Assembly (NCBI GenBank): GCA_963816215.1
Contig: CAWFKB010000005.1
Location: 5,309 to 69,308 of the forward strand
Reading direction: 5' to 3'
Length of the DNA stretch: 64,000 bases
Source of the DNA: an uncultured Chloroflexia bacterium
GTDB taxonomy: Bacteria; Chloroflexota; Limnocylindria; QHBO01
Shown in pieces: positions 16,581-25,883 of this stretch (its first letter is position 1; every line of letters begins with the position of its first letter). The notes under the pieces are model-generated. The model did no database searches. It worked only from the letters and a program-made list of their open reading frames with translations, and was not told the DNA's origin. The position numbers were made by a program, and so were the translations under genes.

Positions 16581-17887
16581 GCAATCGCGGCCAGGGTGGT
16601 GACGATCACGAGCACGCCGGCCCCGATGTACATGGGTGTCGCCGCCCCGAGGTCGACCAGGACCCCGGCCAGGGCCAGCGACAGTGGCGACATGACCACC
16701 CCGCCCATCATCACCAGGCTCATCACCCGACCGATCATGGACTCCGGCGTACGAGCCTGCAGCCAGGCCACGATGCGGACGTTGGTGAAGCCGATGCCCA
16801 CGCCCACCAGCGCACCGATGAGCATGACCCCGGGCACCGACGGCGCGACACCCATGAAGCTGAAGCCGACCCCGATGGCGAGCGAGGTGCCGACCGTGAC
16901 CCAACCGAGCTCGCGCACCCGGCCGACCGATCCGCCGACGATGGCCCCGACCAGCGCTCCCGCCCCGAAGGCCGCGAGCATGAACCCGAAGGCGCCCGCT
17001 CCGCCGTCGAACTTGTTGTCCGCCATCCAGGCCAGGCCCACCGTGATCGGGCCGCTGAGCGCGAAGTTCAGGGCGGCGGAGAGGAGCAGCAATGAGCGGA
17101 GGGCCGGATCGCGCCAGGCGTAGGCAACGCCGGTGGCGATCGTGCTCAGCATGCCCGGCTGCGCTTCTTCACCGGTAGCGGCCGGACGCCGGCCGCCCAC
17201 GATGAGATACAGGGCCAGAGCGGCGACGGCGAACGTGGCGGCGTCGAGGCCGAACGCCCAACCCGTGCCCACCGCGGCCACGAAGACGCCGGCGATGGCC
17301 GGACCGATCAGTCCGGTCAGCTGCTGGCTGCCCTGGGTCAGCCCATTGGCGGCGGGCAGGTCGTCCTCGCTCACGAGCATGGGCACGATCGTGCCCTGCG
17401 CGGGCCAGAAGAACGCGTCCACCGCGCCGAAGAAGAAGGCGAATGGATAGAGCATCCAGAGCTCGACCCGCTCGCTGAGGACCAGGACGGCGAGCAGTGC
17501 CACGACGCCGGTGCGCAGGGCATTCGACACGAGCATCACGCTCCGCGGCGAGATGCGGTCGGCCAGCGCTCCCCCGACCAGCATGAGCACCATGCGCGGC
17601 AGCCCCGCGACCAGCAGGACGCTGCCCAGCACCAGGCCCGAGCCGGTCAGCTCCAGGGCCAGCCAGGCGAGGGCGATGAAATGGAACTGGTCGCCGATGA
17701 GCGAGATCGTTTCGCCGGTGAACAGCAGGCGGAAGTCGCGCAGGCGGAGGGGCCGGAGCATGGATCCCGAGCCTGCTCCGGACGCCCTGACCACATCGGT
17801 TGCGGCGGCCATGTCGCTGGTCGCAGCGGCCACATCGGTCGCGGTTTCCACGGTGGTCGCCTGGCCCACGGCTTCGTCGTTCATCAC
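16547..17887 (-). CDS. MFS transporter
   Basis: 12 hydrophobic segments. LRDFRLLFTGETISLIGDQ is an N-terminal MFS motif. The real start may be M43 (top coordinate 17761); the first 42 residues are low complexity. Confidence 0.75.
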   Translation of the reverse strand: MMNDEAVGQATTVETATDVAAATSDMAAATDVVRASGAGSGSMLRPLRLRDFRLLFTGETISLIGDQFHFIALAWLALELTGSGLVLGSVLLVAGLPRMVLMLVGGALADRISPRSVMLVSNALRTGVVALLAVLVLSERVELWMLYPFAFFFGAVDAFFWPAQGTIVPMLVSEDDLPAANGLTQGSQQLTGLIGPAIAGVFVAAVGTGWAFGLDAATFAVAALALYLIVGGRRPAATGEEAQPGMLSTIATGVAYAWRDPALRSLLLLSAALNFALSGPITVGLAWMADNKFDGGAGAFGFMLAAFGAGALVGAIVGGSVGRVRELGWVTVGTSLAIGVGFSFMGVAPSVPGVMLIGALVGVGIGFTNVRIVAWLQARTPESMIGRVMSLVMMGGVVMSPLSLALAGVLVDLGAATPMYIGAGVLVIVTTLAAIAWGVPQQMREA

Positions 17888-18255
17888 TCGAGGCTGATCA
17901 GGACGGCGTCGCCGTCGGGGTCTTCTACGTCGATGATCGGACCGATGGCGCCGCCCTCCAGGGCGGCGCGGACCCGCGCGGCCTGCTCCCCCGCGAGGCC
18001 GGGAACCATGTTCAATGCGGTTTCGGCCACGGACAGGGGGACCCGGAGGTTGACCACGGTGCGCCCCTGCTCCTCGACCCGGATGCGCAGCTGACGGGCG
18101 CCCTCTCCAGGGGACTGGACGACGGTCGGCTGGATGTCGGTGATCGGCGGGGGAGCGTGCCGCTCCGATAGAGCCGCGACGATGGGCGCAGCGTCCTCGG
18201 GCGTCAGCGTGCCCTCCGCCACGAGGCGCAGGATGGTCTCCAGCTCCTCGCTCAT
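17884..18255 (-). CDS. Hypothetical protein with SHOCT-like/LiaG-N-terminal-like helix
   Basis: MSEELETILRLVAEGTLTPEDAAPIVAALSE resembles the short helical module found at the ends of DUF4097/LiaG-type proteins. 4-nt overlap with the upstream DUF4097 gene. Confidence 0.45.
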   Translation of the reverse strand: MSEELETILRLVAEGTLTPEDAAPIVAALSERHAPPPITDIQPTVVQSPGEGARQLRIRVEEQGRTVVNLRVPLSVAETALNMVPGLAGEQAARVRAALEGGAIGPIIDVEDPDGDAVLISLE

Positions 18256-19241
18256 CGCCCGCCTCCCAGCTGGCGCATCGCCTCGTCCACGTCGATCTCG
18301 CCCCGCTCCAGGGCGCCGAGGATCTCGATCCGTCGGTCGGCGCTCGCGGCTGGCTTCACCGTTTTCGCCGGCGCCGCGGGTGGAGTCACCGCTGCCGGCT
18401 CCGACGGAGCCTGGCGCGACGGGACGACCGCCAGGTCTCCCGACATGGAGTTGAATGCGACCGATGCCGCGCCGTCGCCCACCGTCAGCCGCCGCCGCTC
18501 GGCCGTGCCCTCGATCCGGTGGGGGAGCGAGGAGCGGACGTCGCCTGACAGGCCGCGCACCTCGATCGTGGCGCCGCTCGCCAGGGCAAGCCGGCAGTCG
18601 CCGCTGACCGTCTCCACCATGTGAGTGGTGCGGGCCGCGAGCTGCCCGTCGACCGAGATGTCGCCGCTCACGCTCTGCGCCCGCAGGCGCTCGAAGGTGG
18701 GCGCTTCGGCGGACAGGTCGCCCGACACGTTGTTCATCTTCAGGGAGACCGCCCGCACGGCCCGCAGGGTCACGTCCCCGGACACCGAGTCGATGTCAAG
18801 GTCCCCATTGCCCTCGACCAGGCGCACGTCACCGGACACGGACTGGAATCGCTGCGCCCCACCGAAGCCCGACGCCTGCTGGTCCCCACTGACGGTGCGG
18901 ACCTCGAGCCGGCATCCGGCCGGCGCCTCGACCTGGACCTCCTCCAGCTCGACCGTGTCGACGCCGAAGAACCGGGAGATCGCGCCAAACCCGTGATGTC
19001 CGTCGTTCCGATCACTCACGGTCAGGGAGCCCGGTGCGGCCTGCGCCCGTAGGCTGTATTCGCCGAAGAATTGATCGGCTTCGGCGTCCGATCCGGCGTG
19101 GATCTCGAAGGTGGCGCTCACCCGCACCACGCTGCCCGTGGTCGCAATCAGCCTGACGTCGGCCGAGGTGACCGAAAGAGAGAAGCTCCCGTTCGGGCCA
19201 ATCTCGTGCTCGATCTCCTGGGTTCGGCCGTAGGAGGGCAT
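18252..19241 (-). CDS. DUF4097 (putative adhesin / LiaG-like) beta-strand repeat protein
   Basis: Reiterated VSGD/ LSGD/ MSGD strand repeats (VSGDQQ, VSGDVRL, VSGDVTL, VSGDLSA, VSGDISV, VSGDCRL, LSGDVRS, MSGDLAV) and a C-terminal RRIEILGALERGEIDVDEAMRQL SHOCT-like helix. Confidence 0.65.
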   Translation of the reverse strand: MPSYGRTQEIEHEIGPNGSFSLSVTSADVRLIATTGSVVRVSATFEIHAGSDAEADQFFGEYSLRAQAAPGSLTVSDRNDGHHGFGAISRFFGVDTVELEEVQVEAPAGCRLEVRTVSGDQQASGFGGAQRFQSVSGDVRLVEGNGDLDIDSVSGDVTLRAVRAVSLKMNNVSGDLSAEAPTFERLRAQSVSGDISVDGQLAARTTHMVETVSGDCRLALASGATIEVRGLSGDVRSSLPHRIEGTAERRRLTVGDGAASVAFNSMSGDLAVVPSRQAPSEPAAVTPPAAPAKTVKPAASADRRIEILGALERGEIDVDEAMRQLGGGR

Positions 19242-19672
19242 CAGTCCGATTCCTCGATCGCGCGCAACGCTGCGGCTGCCGCGGCCGCATCGATCTCGCC
19301 CTTGGCCAGCTTCTCGAGGACGGCGCGTCGTCCCGCGGATGCCTTGCCATCGTCGGCGGCGGCCTGTTCGCTTGACTCGTCGATATCGGCCGGTACGTCG
19401 CCGTCTCCCAGGCCGAGTGCCTGGACAAGGGCCTCAACGCGGGCCCGAACGGTGGGGTAGGAGATCCCGAGCATGCGCTCCATCTCCTTGAGGTTGCCCC
19501 GCGAGCGGAGGAAGCTCTCCAGCAACGCCATCTGCTCGTGGCTCAGGCGGCCGAATCGGCCGACGCCGAACTCTCCCTCGATGGTCGTCCCGCAGCTGCC
19601 GCAGTGAAGGCGGCTGATCTCCAGCTCGCCGGCGCAGACGGGGCAGGTGGCGATGACGTCGCGTGGTGCCAT
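19241..19672 (-). CDS. DUF2089 protein (zinc-ribbon plus HTH)
   Basis: CPVCAGEL...CGSCG zinc ribbon and the ISYPTVRARVEAL helix-turn-helix region characteristic of DUF2089. 1-nt overlap with the DUF4097 gene. Confidence 0.65.
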   Translation of the reverse strand: MAPRDVIATCPVCAGELEISRLHCGSCGTTIEGEFGVGRFGRLSHEQMALLESFLRSRGNLKEMERMLGISYPTVRARVEALVQALGLGDGDVPADIDESSEQAAADDGKASAGRRAVLEKLAKGEIDAAAAAAALRAIEESD

Positions 19673-19674
19673 GT

Positions 19675-19818
19675 CTAGCGGCGGCCCGTGGCCGGGGTCT
19701 GGCGCGCGGTCTCGCGGTTGTGGACGCGGGTCGCGGGCTGAATGCTCTGGGTGGGACGCTTCTGGCGGAGGCGGTCCTCGATGACGAGCTGCGCGTAGTG
19801 GATCCGGTAGTCCAACAT
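19675..19818 (-). CDS. Small ORF (47 aa) tightly coupled upstream of the DUF2089 gene
   Basis: MLDYRIHYAQLVIEDRLRQKRPTQSIQPATRVHNRETARQTPATGRR. Strong Shine-Dalgarno AGGGAGA 5 nt before the ATG. The stop is 2 nt before the DUF2089 ATG. It is below the 60-aa cutoff of the ORF track. Confidence 0.35.
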   Translation of the reverse strand: MLDYRIHYAQLVIEDRLRQKRPTQSIQPATRVHNRETARQTPATGRR

Positions 19819-19820
19819 CC

Positions 19821-19915
19821 CTGTCTCCCTATCTGAGTGAGTTGCTGCGGAGACAGTAATGTCTGCTTTCTATTCTGTCAAGTCTCCTTTCTATTTTGGT
19901 GTCTGCAATGTCAGA
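19821..19915 (-). promoter_or_regulatory. AT-rich promoter/operator region with TGTC repeats and an inverted repeat (CTGTCTCC-N20-GGAGACAG)
   Basis: Local GC drops sharply. Motifs TGTCTCC, TGTCTGC, TGTCAAG, TGTCTGC, TGTCAGA and a TTTCTATT direct repeat. Sits between the aceE stop and the small-ORF/DUF2089 operon start. Confidence 0.35.
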
Positions 19916-22591
19916 TCATGGGGCGGCTGGGTCATTTCGATCGGGATCGATGCCCAACGCCATCTGCGCCCCGGTGACCTCCTCGGCGGTCGCCTCCCCG
20001 GTCTGCAGGAGCCCAAACAGGGCGGCGTAGGCGATGTACTCGGCGCTGACCTCGAAGTAGGAGCGCAATGACTCGCGGGTGTCAGATCGGCCGAAGCCAT
20101 CGGTTCCCAGGACGATGTACGGGCGCTGGACCCAGCGGGCGATGAGGTCCGGCACCGCCCTGACATAGTCGGTGGCGGCCACGACCGGTCCCGGGGCGTC
20201 GGCCAGGGTCCGGACCACGTACGGCAGGTGGCGGTCCTCTTCGGGGTGCAGCCGGTTATGACGCTCTGCCCGCAGGCCGTCGGCCCGCAGCTGCTGGAAC
20301 GAGGTCGCGCTCCACACGTCGGCGGCCACGTTGAACTGCTCGGCGAGCAGGTCCGCCGCGCGCAGGGCCTGGTGCAGGATCGATCCCGAGGCCAGGATCT
20401 GCACCGGGCGACCCCCGCCGGTCGCCGGCTTGCATCGGTACAGCCCCTTCAGGATGCCCTTGGCCACGCCGTCGGGCAGGGCCGGTTGGTGCCAATTCTC
20501 GTTGTACAGGGTGATGTAGTAGAAGATGTCCTCGCCCTTCTGCCACATCCGCTTGATGCCGTCGCGGACGATGACTCCCAGCTCGTAGGCGAAGGCCGGG
20601 TCGTAGGCCATCAGGTTGGGGATGGCGTTGGCGTACAGGTGGCTCTGGCCGTCGTCGTGCTGGAGACCCTCCCCGGTGAGCGTGGTGCGGCCCGCCGTCG
20701 CCCCCATCAGGAACCCCCGGCCGCGGGAGTCCCCGAAGGCCCAGGCCTGGTCGCCGGTCCGCTGCAGGCCGAACATCGAGTAGAAGACGTAGAACGGGAT
20801 CATGGGCTGGCCGTGGACCGCGTAGGCGGTGCCCGCCGCCGTGAACGACGCCATGGAACCCGCCTCGGTGATGCCCTCCTCCAGGATCTGCCCATCCGTC
20901 GCCTCGCGGTACGACAGGAGGAGCTCCCGGTCGACCGATGCGTAGCGCTGCCCGAGCGGGTTGTAGATCCCGATCTCCTTGAACAGGGGGTCCATGCCGA
21001 AGGTCCGCGCCTCGTCCGGGATGATCGGGACAACCCGGCGGCCCAGCTCCGGGTCGCGGACGAGGTTTCGGAGCAGCCGCCCGAAGGCCATGGTCGTGGA
21101 GGCGGCCAGGTCGGACCCGGAGAACACGTCCGCGAACACCGCCTCGCCCGGCTCCGGGAGCGGCTCGGTCGACGGCTTCCGGCGCGGGATCAGTCCGCCG
21201 AGCACCTTCCGCCGCTCGAGCATGTATCGGATCTCGGGGCTGTCGGCGCCGGGGTGGTAGTACGGCGCATCGGCCAGCTTGTCGTCGGGGATTGGGAGCT
21301 CGAGGCGGTCCCGGAAGATGCGCAGCTCGTCCACGGTCAGCTTCTTGGCCTGGTGGGTGACGTTCCGGGCTTCGATCCCCGGGCCCAGCGTCCAGCCCTT
21401 GACCGTCTTGGCCAGGATCACCACCGGCGCGCCCTCGTGCTGGGTGGCGTAGGTGTAGGCGGCGAAGAGCTTGCGATAGTCGTGGCCGCCTCGCCGGAGC
21501 CCGGCCAGCTCGGCATCGGTTCTGTCGGCGACCATCGCCGCCAGGCGCGGATCAGGGCCGAAGAAATGTTCACGCACATACGCGCCATCGGCAGTGGATA
21601 GGGTCTGGTAGTCCCCGTCCAGGGTCTCGGTCATCTTGTTGAGCAGCACGCCATCGGTGTCGTGCTCGAGGAGGGCGTCCCACTCGCGGCCCCAGATGAC
21701 CTTGATCACGTGCCAGCCCGCGCCGCGGAACACCGACTCCAGCTCCTGGATGATCTTTCCGTTGCCGCGGACCGGGCCGTCGAGCCGCTGCAGGTTGCAG
21801 TTGACGACAAAGATCAAATTGTCGAGGCCCTCCCGGGCGGCGAGGCTCAACCCGGCCAGGGATTCGGGCTCGTCCATCTCGCCGTCACCCACGAAGCTCC
21901 AAACCCGTGATTGGGACGTATCGGCGATGCCGCGGGCCGCCAGGTAGCGATTGAACCGGGCCTGGTAGATGGCGCTCAGCGGACCGAGGCCCATGGAGAC
22001 GGTGGGGAACTGCCAGAACTCGGGCATCGTCCGCGGGTGCGGGTAGGAGGGCAGACCGCCAGGGGCCAGCGCCTCCCGACGGAAGTGGTCGAGCTGATCG
22101 GCCGACAGGCGGCCCTCGAGGAAGGCGCGGGCATAGATGCCGGGCGCGGCATGACCCTGGAAGTAGACGAGGTCGCCGGGACCGTCGTCCCAGCCACGGA
22201 AGAAGTGGTTGAAGCCCACCTCGTACAGGCTGGCGGCAGACGCATACGTGGAGAGATGACCACCGATGCCTTCGAACCGCGTGTTGGCGCGCAGGACCAT
22301 GGCCAACGCGTTCCACCGGATCATGCGACGGATGCGATGCTCCATCACCTCGTCCCCGGGGAAGGCGGGCTCCTGCTCGGGCGAGATCGTGTTGACGTAG
22401 CGAGTCTGGGTCAGTGGCGGAATGCCGACCTGGAGCTGGCGGGCGCGCTTCAGGAGGCGAAACAGGATGAAGCGCGCCCGTTCGGGCCCCGCCTGTTCGA
22501 CCACCGCGTCAAGTGAATCGAGCCATTCCTCGGTCTCGGTGGGGTCGACATCCGGGAGCTGCTGCTTGAACTGGTCGAAGACGTCGTGCAC
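19916..22591 (-). CDS. aceE: Pyruvate dehydrogenase E1 component, homodimeric type
   Basis: 891 aa. N-terminal MHDVFDQFKQQLPDVDPTETEEWLDSLDAVVE and thiamine-diphosphate binding regions typical of AceE. Confidence 0.9.
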   Translation of the reverse strand: MHDVFDQFKQQLPDVDPTETEEWLDSLDAVVEQAGPERARFILFRLLKRARQLQVGIPPLTQTRYVNTISPEQEPAFPGDEVMEHRIRRMIRWNALAMVLRANTRFEGIGGHLSTYASAASLYEVGFNHFFRGWDDGPGDLVYFQGHAAPGIYARAFLEGRLSADQLDHFRREALAPGGLPSYPHPRTMPEFWQFPTVSMGLGPLSAIYQARFNRYLAARGIADTSQSRVWSFVGDGEMDEPESLAGLSLAAREGLDNLIFVVNCNLQRLDGPVRGNGKIIQELESVFRGAGWHVIKVIWGREWDALLEHDTDGVLLNKMTETLDGDYQTLSTADGAYVREHFFGPDPRLAAMVADRTDAELAGLRRGGHDYRKLFAAYTYATQHEGAPVVILAKTVKGWTLGPGIEARNVTHQAKKLTVDELRIFRDRLELPIPDDKLADAPYYHPGADSPEIRYMLERRKVLGGLIPRRKPSTEPLPEPGEAVFADVFSGSDLAASTTMAFGRLLRNLVRDPELGRRVVPIIPDEARTFGMDPLFKEIGIYNPLGQRYASVDRELLLSYREATDGQILEEGITEAGSMASFTAAGTAYAVHGQPMIPFYVFYSMFGLQRTGDQAWAFGDSRGRGFLMGATAGRTTLTGEGLQHDDGQSHLYANAIPNLMAYDPAFAYELGVIVRDGIKRMWQKGEDIFYYITLYNENWHQPALPDGVAKGILKGLYRCKPATGGGRPVQILASGSILHQALRAADLLAEQFNVAADVWSATSFQQLRADGLRAERHNRLHPEEDRHLPYVVRTLADAPGPVVAATDYVRAVPDLIARWVQRPYIVLGTDGFGRSDTRESLRSYFEVSAEYIAYAALFGLLQTGEATAEEVTGAQMALGIDPDRNDPAAP

Positions 22592-22630
22592 GACGTTCGC
22601 ATCCTACCGGCAGATAGACTTGGCCACCTC

Positions 22631-22966
22631 ATGTCACGCGCCGAGCGTCGCCAGTACCAGCGAATGATGAAGGGGCAGGACCCGAATGCCCCGCGGACGC
22701 CGCCGGGCGGCACCAAGCCGCCCCGCCGACGGAATGCGAACGAGTCGCGCGACTGGTCGTTCACGCGTCGATTCTGGGTGCGCAGCGGTCTGGCGTCCGT
22801 CGCGGTCGGGATCATCGGTCTGTCGGTCGCCTGGCCGTCCGGAGCAGACCGGGCGCTCCTGATCGGGGCGGCCTTGACCGCCGGCGTGTGGGGCATCCTG
22901 GTGCTCGTCCGCTGGTACCTGAAACGCTCGGCCCAGCGCTCTGCGCCCGGAGCCGCTGCCCGCTGA
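22631..22966 (+). CDS. Hypothetical small membrane protein
   Basis: Basic N-terminus followed by two hydrophobic helices. Divergent from aceE. Start chosen at M16 of the track ORF. Confidence 0.4.
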   Translation: MSRAERRQYQRMMKGQDPNAPRTPPGGTKPPRRRNANESRDWSFTRRFWVRSGLASVAVGIIGLSVAWPSGADRALLIGAALTAGVWGILVLVRWYLKRSAQRSAPGAAAR

Positions 22967-22993
22967 TCGCGGGCGGCTGATCGCGGGCCGCTG

Positions 22994-23671
22994 ATGACCG
23001 AGTCTGCGGTGCTGGCCCTGGGCGGGGCGCTGGTGTTCGGCTATCTCCTGGGCGCGATCCCCTTCGGCGTGATCATTGCCCGCCTGGTCGGCGGGCGAGA
23101 TCCGCGGACCCTGGGGTCGCAACGGACCGGGGCCACGAACACGGTCCGGGCTCTGGGCCTGGGCTGGGGGGTCCTGGTGGGCGCCCTGGACGTGGCAAAG
23201 GGGTTGGTTGCCGCTGCCGCGGGGGCGGCCGTCGGGACCGCGGCGGGCCTCCCGCCCGAATGGGTTGCCGCCGGCGGCTGCGTGGCGGCGGTGACCGGCC
23301 ACATCAAATCGGTCTTCATCGGGTTCCGGGGCGGTCGCGGCGTGGCCACGGCCGCCGGAGGCTTCCTGATCCTGGTGCCGGCCGCATTGCTGATCGTGAT
23401 CCCGATCATCGGCGTGGTCCTGGCACTGACGCGCTACGTCTCGCTGGCCTCGATCGTGGGCGCCGTCAGTGCGCCGATCGTCGTGGCCGGGCTGGCCTGG
23501 GGCGGGTACGCCTCGAGCGCGGACATCGCGTACGCCGCATTGGTGGGAGTCCTGATCGTGCTTGCCCACTGGGACAACATCGGCCGCCTGCGTTCGGGGA
23601 CCGAGCGGCGGATCGGGACGCCCCGCGGCCATCATCCGTCCGACCCCGGGCCTCCCGACATCGTCGCCTGA
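22994..23671 (+). CDS. plsY: Glycerol-3-phosphate acyltransferase PlsY
   Basis: GSQRTGATNTVRALG and HIKSVFIGFRGGRGVATAAG motifs characteristic of PlsY. Confidence 0.85.
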   Translation: MTESAVLALGGALVFGYLLGAIPFGVIIARLVGGRDPRTLGSQRTGATNTVRALGLGWGVLVGALDVAKGLVAAAAGAAVGTAAGLPPEWVAAGGCVAAVTGHIKSVFIGFRGGRGVATAAGGFLILVPAALLIVIPIIGVVLALTRYVSLASIVGAVSAPIVVAGLAWGGYASSADIAYAALVGVLIVLAHWDNIGRLRSGTERRIGTPRGHHPSDPGPPDIVA

Positions 23672-23681
23672 GGGCCGCACC

Positions 23682-24275
23682 GTGTCCCGCCTGACCCTCC
23701 CCAACCTGCTGGGCCTGTTCCGGCTGGCGGCCACGCCAGTCCTGGTGGCACTCATCCTGTGGCCCTTCCCCGGCGCCGGGTTCGTGGCCTTCGTGCTCTA
23801 CGTCCCGGCGGCGTTGTCCGACTTCGTCGACGGCCGCATTGCCCGGGCTCGCAACCAGGTCACCACCTTCGGCGTGTTCCTGGACCTGACCGCCGACAAG
23901 GTCCTGGTGGCGGGCGTGCTCATCGCGCTGGCCCAGACCGATCTGGTGCCCGCCTGGCTCGTGATCGTGATCCTGATCCGCGAGCTGGTGGTGGGCGGGG
24001 TGCGCCAGGTGGCTGCCAACGAGCAGATCGTGGTCGGGTCCCAGCTCCTGGGCAAGGCCAAGACCGTGGTCACCATGATCGCGATAGCGGTGCTGCTGCT
24101 CGCGTTCGACGCCCAGACCGGCGGCCCCATGGCTTCGACCGACCTGGGCCCGGCGCTGGCCACCACGGGAGCGTGGCTGCTGTTCGCCGGGATGATCCTG
24201 GCCGTGATCTCGGGACTGGACTACCTGCGCGCTGCGTGGCCCATCCTGGCCGGGGAGGATCCGCCCGCTACTTGA
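23682..24275 (+). CDS. pgsA: CDP-alcohol phosphatidyltransferase (phosphatidylglycerophosphate synthase-like)
   Basis: SDFVDGRIARARNQVTTFGVFLDLTADKV is the CDP-OH phosphotransferase motif D-G-x2-A-R-x8-G-x3-G-x3-D-x3-D. GTG start right after the plsY stop. Confidence 0.8.
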   Translation: MSRLTLPNLLGLFRLAATPVLVALILWPFPGAGFVAFVLYVPAALSDFVDGRIARARNQVTTFGVFLDLTADKVLVAGVLIALAQTDLVPAWLVIVILIRELVVGGVRQVAANEQIVVGSQLLGKAKTVVTMIAIAVLLLAFDAQTGGPMASTDLGPALATTGAWLLFAGMILAVISGLDYLRAAWPILAGEDPPAT

Positions 24276-25092
24276 CCAGCTTGGTGGCCAGCCGCCGCCG
24301 AGCGATGACCATGGCCACCGAGCCGAAGACCGCCAGGTACGCGACGTGGACCAGAATCGTCCAGCCCACCACGCCCGTGGTCAGGCCACGGAGCAGCTCG
24401 ACCGCGTGGTACAGGGGCGTGGCCTGGACCACGACCTGGAGCCACGGCGGATAGATGCTGATCGGGAAGAACGTGCCGCTGAACAGGAACATGGGCATGA
24501 TCACGAGCCCGAACGGCAGGTCGAAGTCCTGGACCGTGCGCAGGAACGTGGTGGTGGCCAGCCCCGCGGCGCAGAACGCCAGGGAGCAGAAGAGGGTCGC
24601 CGGCAGCGCGAGGATGGCCCACGGGCTGATCAGGAGGCCCAGCAGCAGCATCACGGCCACGAAGGCAACGGCGTAGATGGTGGCCCGGATCATGGCCCAC
24701 ATCAGCTCGCCCAGGGCGATGTCATTGATGCCCAGGGGCGTGACCAGGATCGCGTCGTAGACCTTTTCGAAGTTCAGCTTGAAGAAGACGTTGAAGATCG
24801 TCTCGCTGATGGCTCCGTTCATGGTCGACTGGGCCAGCAGGGCGGGGGCCACGAATGCGGCATAGGCCACGACCCGCCCATCGGTGAGTGTCACGTCGCC
24901 CACGATCGTCCCCAGGCCGTAGCCGATCCCCAGCAGGTAGAACACCGGCTCGAAGAAGCCGGAGAGGATGACGATCCAGCCGTGGCGGTAGACGAGCATG
25001 TTGCGCTGGACCAGGCGACGGGCCCGCATGAACGTGCCCAATGCGGCGGGGTATGGCGCGGGAGCCCGGGACGGCCGGACGACGACGGCCAT
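24268..25092 (-). CDS. ABC-2 type transporter permease (second of a tandem pair)
   Basis: Real start MAVVVRPSRAP at top coordinate 25092. The track ORF extends upstream by read-through of an antisense frame. Six TM helices. Paralogous to the 25095..25862 gene. Confidence 0.75.
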   Translation of the reverse strand: MAVVVRPSRAPAPYPAALGTFMRARRLVQRNMLVYRHGWIVILSGFFEPVFYLLGIGYGLGTIVGDVTLTDGRVVAYAAFVAPALLAQSTMNGAISETIFNVFFKLNFEKVYDAILVTPLGINDIALGELMWAMIRATIYAVAFVAVMLLLGLLISPWAILALPATLFCSLAFCAAGLATTTFLRTVQDFDLPFGLVIMPMFLFSGTFFPISIYPPWLQVVVQATPLYHAVELLRGLTTGVVGWTILVHVAYLAVFGSVAMVIARRRLATKLVK

Positions 25093-25094
25093 GG

Positions 25095-25862
25095 CTACTT
25101 CACCATCCGCCGGAACAGGAGCCGGTAGGCGAGGTAGGCGGCCACCGAGCCGAAGATCAGCAGGTAGCCAAGGTGGATGGGCCAGTTGGCCAGCTCCGGC
25201 GTCTGGAGCACGAGGCCGCGAATGAGGGCCACGCCGTGGTACAGCGGGGTCAGAGCGGCGACGACATGCAGGGCGTCGGGCAGGCGGTCGACCGGGAAGA
25301 ACGTGCCGCTGAACAGGAACAGCGGGTTGATCACGAAGCGGAACAGGGCCGCGAACCCGCTGTCGTTCTTCTGGGTCGCGGTGAAGGCCATGATCGCGCA
25401 GAAGAAGCACAGGCCGGTCAGGATCGCGGCCGGGGCCCCGAGCAGGGCGAGGGGCGAGGTCGGGATGCCGAACAGGGTCAGGACGATCAGGAACGCGACC
25501 GAGATCGTCGTCAGGCGGATCGTCATCCAGCCCATCTCGCCCAGGACCAGGTCGCGGACCGACAGCGGCGCGGCCAGCATGGCCTCGTAGTTCCGCCGCC
25601 AGCTGATCTTGCCCATGATCGGGAACGTGGCTTCGAAGGTCGCCGTCTGCATGCAGGTCGCGGCCAGCAGGCCCGGCCCCAGGAACTGGAGGTAGGTCAC
25701 GCCCCCCAGCGCTGACGTGTCCTGCGCGGCGATGAAGCTGCCCAGCCCCACGCCCAGCGCCCCGAGGTACAGGAGCGGGGTCAGGAATGACCCGAACACG
25801 CTCCCGCGCCACGTTCGGCGGTAGACCCACAGGTTGCGCTGGGTGACCCGCAGCGCGGTCAT
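25095..25862 (-). CDS. ABC-2 type transporter permease (first of a tandem pair)
   Basis: 255 aa with six hydrophobic helices and a conserved C-terminal LYRRLFRRMVK-like tail shared with its paralog. Confidence 0.75.
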   Translation of the reverse strand: MTALRVTQRNLWVYRRTWRGSVFGSFLTPLLYLGALGVGLGSFIAAQDTSALGGVTYLQFLGPGLLAATCMQTATFEATFPIMGKISWRRNYEAMLAAPLSVRDLVLGEMGWMTIRLTTISVAFLIVLTLFGIPTSPLALLGAPAAILTGLCFFCAIMAFTATQKNDSGFAALFRFVINPLFLFSGTFFPVDRLPDALHVVAALTPLYHGVALIRGLVLQTPELANWPIHLGYLLIFGSVAAYLAYRLLFRRMVK

Positions 25863-25883
25863 CGGTCCGGCCTCATCGGTCGG

